DNA of 64,000 nucleotides from Macrostomum hystrix. Taxonomy: Eukaryota > Animalia > Platyhelminthes. The stretch spans positions 1 through 64,000 of the forward strand of contig CATNEN010000033.1 in NCBI GenBank assembly GCA_950097015.1. Reading direction: 5' to 3'. The notes under the pieces are model-generated. The model was given only the letters and a program-made list of their open reading frames with translations. It made no database searches and was not told where the DNA came from. The translations under genes and the position numbers were made by a program. Below are positions 60,665 through 64,000 of the stretch, piece after piece (position 1 is the first letter of the stretch; the number at the start of each line of letters is the position of its first letter).

Positions 60665-63509
60665 TATTATTATTATTATTAATTATCACTATTATTGTTA
60701 TTATTATTATTTTTCGTTATCTTTATCGATGTAACTTCCGTTCACCGAATTTACTTTTAATGTTGAGCTTGTCAATTTTTTCATTATCGCTAAACTTCCA
60801 AAGCTAATCGCTTGTTTTGAGCCGCTGTAATAGAACAAATGTAAGTAAGTTTCTAAGGGGGGTCGGTGGCAGAGCGGTTAACGCGTTTGCCTCTCGCACC
60901 AATGTCCCCGAGCTCGATTCCGCGGTGAGGCCACGTCATCACCAAATGAACCAAATGTGGTTCATTTGGGGCGCAGCCGCGGAGAGAAGGCTTGGGCGGA
61001 CCAAGGATCAGCAGGGGCTTGTCGTGCGACTTACGCGCGTGAGGGCCATCGTCCAAGGCACTGTGAAATGTACCTGAAGATGAGACTCAGGGCAGATGTA
61101 CACACCTGTGTGAGCGAGTGCCTCTCAGGAGTCAGCGAAATGCGAAATTGCCTCCTTGCTGGCTGGGGGTCTAGTGTCACCAAATGGATGTGCCATTGCC
61201 TGCAGCCTTCCTGCAGTTATTATTGTTTTTATTATAAGCTAGTTTCTAGATAAATCTGAGTAGACATAATCAGCTATCTTGTGTCTGTCATCCGCAAATA
61301 GACAGTTATGGAATAGTGCCTAATACGCACACACCAACGGCATTGCAGGGCCACTACATGGCCAAGTGTTTGGATAAAGACGCGCAGAATTGTCCCAATA
61401 GCGAGAACAACTTTTGCGAGTGCTTCCGCAAGCACTACTTCGTGCCTGAGTACTTTGCGTTCAGCCACTTCTATGTAATGGAGGAATTTCTAAAGAAATA
61501 TGAAAGTGAGTTGGTCTAGTTCCAAATGTCTAATTGGTCTAGTACAATAGGTTTAACAGAATAGGAAATGCGATTTGTTATGAAAAATCTCCATAAAAGT
61601 GTTCGAGGCGATGTGTACCGAGGTGTACGGTAACCCTGACTATACCATTTGAAATTGTGCAATATAGCTCGTACTCTGTCGGTGTGGTTAGTATCTGCTT
61701 TGTTTTGGTGTTGATTTCGCTAGCTACAAGTAATCAATGAACATCGATCCACTCGCTCCCTGCCTGTTCAGCGGACATCGACTTCATGAAGACAGTCTGG
61801 TTAGCCAAGCCCGCCTATCTTACTGGCGGCAAAGGCTTCTTCCTCATCCGCGACGCGAAGGAATTTCGCTACTTCTACCTGGTCAGGTCTGACTCCTGTG
61901 TCCGGCGCGAGGGATTCACTCTTCAACGCTACCTGTCTCGACCGTGCACACTGAACAATATGAAGGTTGACTGCCGCATGTACCTATTGATTACCGTGCT
62001 GAATGGGCACCGAGTCTGCGGCTTCTTCCATCCGGGATTCGCTCGCACTGCGTCCGCCGCCTGGAATTTCGACAAATCGACCGGCAACGTATTTGAGCAC
62101 ATCACAGCCACCGAGCTCTACAAGCTGAGCAACAAGAAAATTCCAGGCCAGAACGATGACGACGATGACGATGAGAAGGCTCAGTGCTTCAACTTCAACG
62201 AAGCCTGCGAAATGATTGCCACCGGGGGCAAGAAAGCAAAAAAAGGAGAAGCGGAGAGTGTGCCGCCATTCGCTGCGGAGGACTCCGATGGTGACAAATT
62301 TCTTGAGAGAGACTTTCAAAAATTTCACTGGCGCTTAAAGTACATGATTGAAGTGCTGTGCGCCAAGATGGACCCTATTGTGCGAGACAAGCCAGGCACC
62401 TTCCAGATCTTTGGGCTCGACATACTAATCGATTCCGACACCAAGGTAAATAAAGGGTAAAAATAGAATAATCAGAGTACTACTCTCAATAATTCTTCAC
62501 CTACAAATTGCAGCCCTGGCTACTTGAGGTCAACTCTCATGTGGCCACTGAGCAAATCTATGATCGAACTCAGTGTCAGGTTATCTCAAATGTTGTCACT
62601 GAAGCCATCTGCATCGTAGTTGAATTGTTTCAGAAGGCTATCGAGGTAACTTCACTATTTTATAATGGTGTTTGAGCAAGCTATCGAAATCATACTTTTT
62701 TGTTCGATTAGGTCCTAGTAGAAACAAATTTGCAGATCGATTTTGAATCAGAATAAACAGAAGTTTCAGTCAAATTTAGTTTTATGTCACTCAAAGATCA
62801 ACCGCTCCACTTGTCACGCCACAGGAGGAGGCCATCGCCCTTGAGATTGAGCAGCGAGAGGCTCCACTAGCCAAGCTGTCGCGGTCCCAGCGCTTCATGA
62901 CAGCCAAGGATCAGCAGGAAGCCATCGATAATCTCTCCGCTTTGTTAGATATGACGGAAATCTCCAAGCGAAAGCCGCCAATCTTCATGCAGAACTTCTT
63001 CTGGTGGTACGACACGCCACGCTATCGCTGGATCAAGCCGTGGGTGATTCGCAAACCCAGGCCAGTCCAGGAAATCCCGTGGTATTCGCAGACTTTCCTC
63101 ACCTTGGTCAAACGAAACGACGCCATGATGCGATGCAACATCAAAGCCGATGAAGTCACCGCGAATCACGACAAAATGGACTATTTCAGACATGTTTTCT
63201 GGCGGGTGAGCGATTAGCAAATTCTACCAATAAGCCATTAGGCCCGTGCAAATACGATTATGACAACTTCTAGCAACTAGCGTGTTACATGATTTATGAC
63301 ATTCAAATAGCATATCGAACGCCCGATTTTCAAATCCGCAGGATAATATGGAGTCGCAGATAAATGCTTTCGAAAACAAGATTCAGAAGCAGGGAGAAAA
63401 ATTTCAGCAGCGGAAAGAAAGAATTCAGCAGCCAGCCAGCAGTGGCACCAGTGTCAGCGAATCTCCAGCAGGCCATGTCTTCGAATCTAGCAACATTTCG
63501 CCCAAATGA
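58866..63509 (+). CDS. Tubulin-tyrosine-ligase-like protein, closest in layout to TTLL10 (glycylase), 7 exons
   Basis: Exons 58866-59269, 59797-60295, 61274-61505, 61772-62445, 62514-62645, 62825-63205 and 63342-63509 are phase-consistent. Motifs: WLAKP..GGKGFFL, LQRYLSRP, KVDCRMY, GFAR, FQIFGLDILID..PWLLEVN. The subfamily call comes from remembered TTLL10 spacing. Confidence 0.85.
60363..60715 (+). mobile_element. tRNA-derived SINE family A, copy 2, with (TTA)n tail, in TTLL intron 2
   Basis: A box tagccttgtgg, B box ggttcgattcc, body shared with 4362-4660, followed by a long (att)n tail. Confidence 0.85.
60857..61235 (+). mobile_element. tRNA-derived SINE family B, copy 2, in TTLL intron 2
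   Basis: Near-colinear with 30530-30893, with small insertions. Confidence 0.85.
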
Positions 63510-64000
63510 ATTTAAAAGAGGTGTTCGGACTGATGTGCGAATCAAAAACATGATGTTCCACAGGCTGAACCAGCTCAAATGGAATATTGAACTTGCTATC
63601 GACTTTGCGGCCATACTGTTGTTTTGAGCGGTGTATCGAGTTTTTGCATTGTACCATTTTCATTTTGTATACTTTACAAACAGAATGCTTTTTGTAACCT
63701 CTTTAGAAATTGAAGCCTTTTGGGCCTAAGAAAATATATGACCATGTACCATATTCTGTGATTTTTCCGTTTTTTTCTGGCTTGAATACAAGCTAAACGA
63801 TAAACTACCAACAAACACTTGAAAATTTAGGTTTAAAAATAATATAGATGAACTGCAGGCTTGAAGGCAAAGCAAGTGTTAAACTACGATTTGGCATTGC
63901 GGGCCACAATGTGTAGAATAATTTCAAAAGTCTTAAAGAGCTAGCTTGCATTGAATCAAAACTAATAGCAGCAATAAGATTTTTAATAGGTTGGCAAATT

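Noticed and set aside
63364-63627. 87-aa ORF in the track as an independent gene
   Set aside because: The same DNA reads in another frame as the phase-0 last exon of the TTLL gene (63342-63509).

Overview
Eukaryotic (animal) genomic DNA with GC-rich coding islands, short GT-AG introns and very dense minisatellites. The style suggests a free-living flatworm such as Macrostomum; this is inference only. Eight protein-coding genes are supported. On + there are four genes whose CDS is essentially one exon: a MyTH4-FERM (PLEKHH/MAX-1-like) gene, an MTFR1/2-like gene, an HMG20-like coiled-coil gene with no visible HMG box, and a Shaker/Kv1-like channel. Also on + are a two-exon signal-peptide/FN3/TM gene and a 7-exon TTLL10-like gene. 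On - are a 9-exon HDHD5/CECR5 gene and a 5-exon FAM78-like gene. Mobile DNA includes an internally deleted DD34D mariner with TIRs and TA duplication, two tRNA-derived SINE families with three copies each, and about 25 tandem arrays that generate most of the long ORFs in the track. The most notable signal is at 43.19-43.61 kb. Two minimal type I hammerhead ribozymes lie 336 bp apart in a tandem repeat (retrozyme-like). In the complete copy the hammerhead sits between a tRNA-like Pol III A box and B box, followed by a T6 terminator. All gene models were assembled by eye from splice signals and remembered family motifs; no database search or folding program was run.
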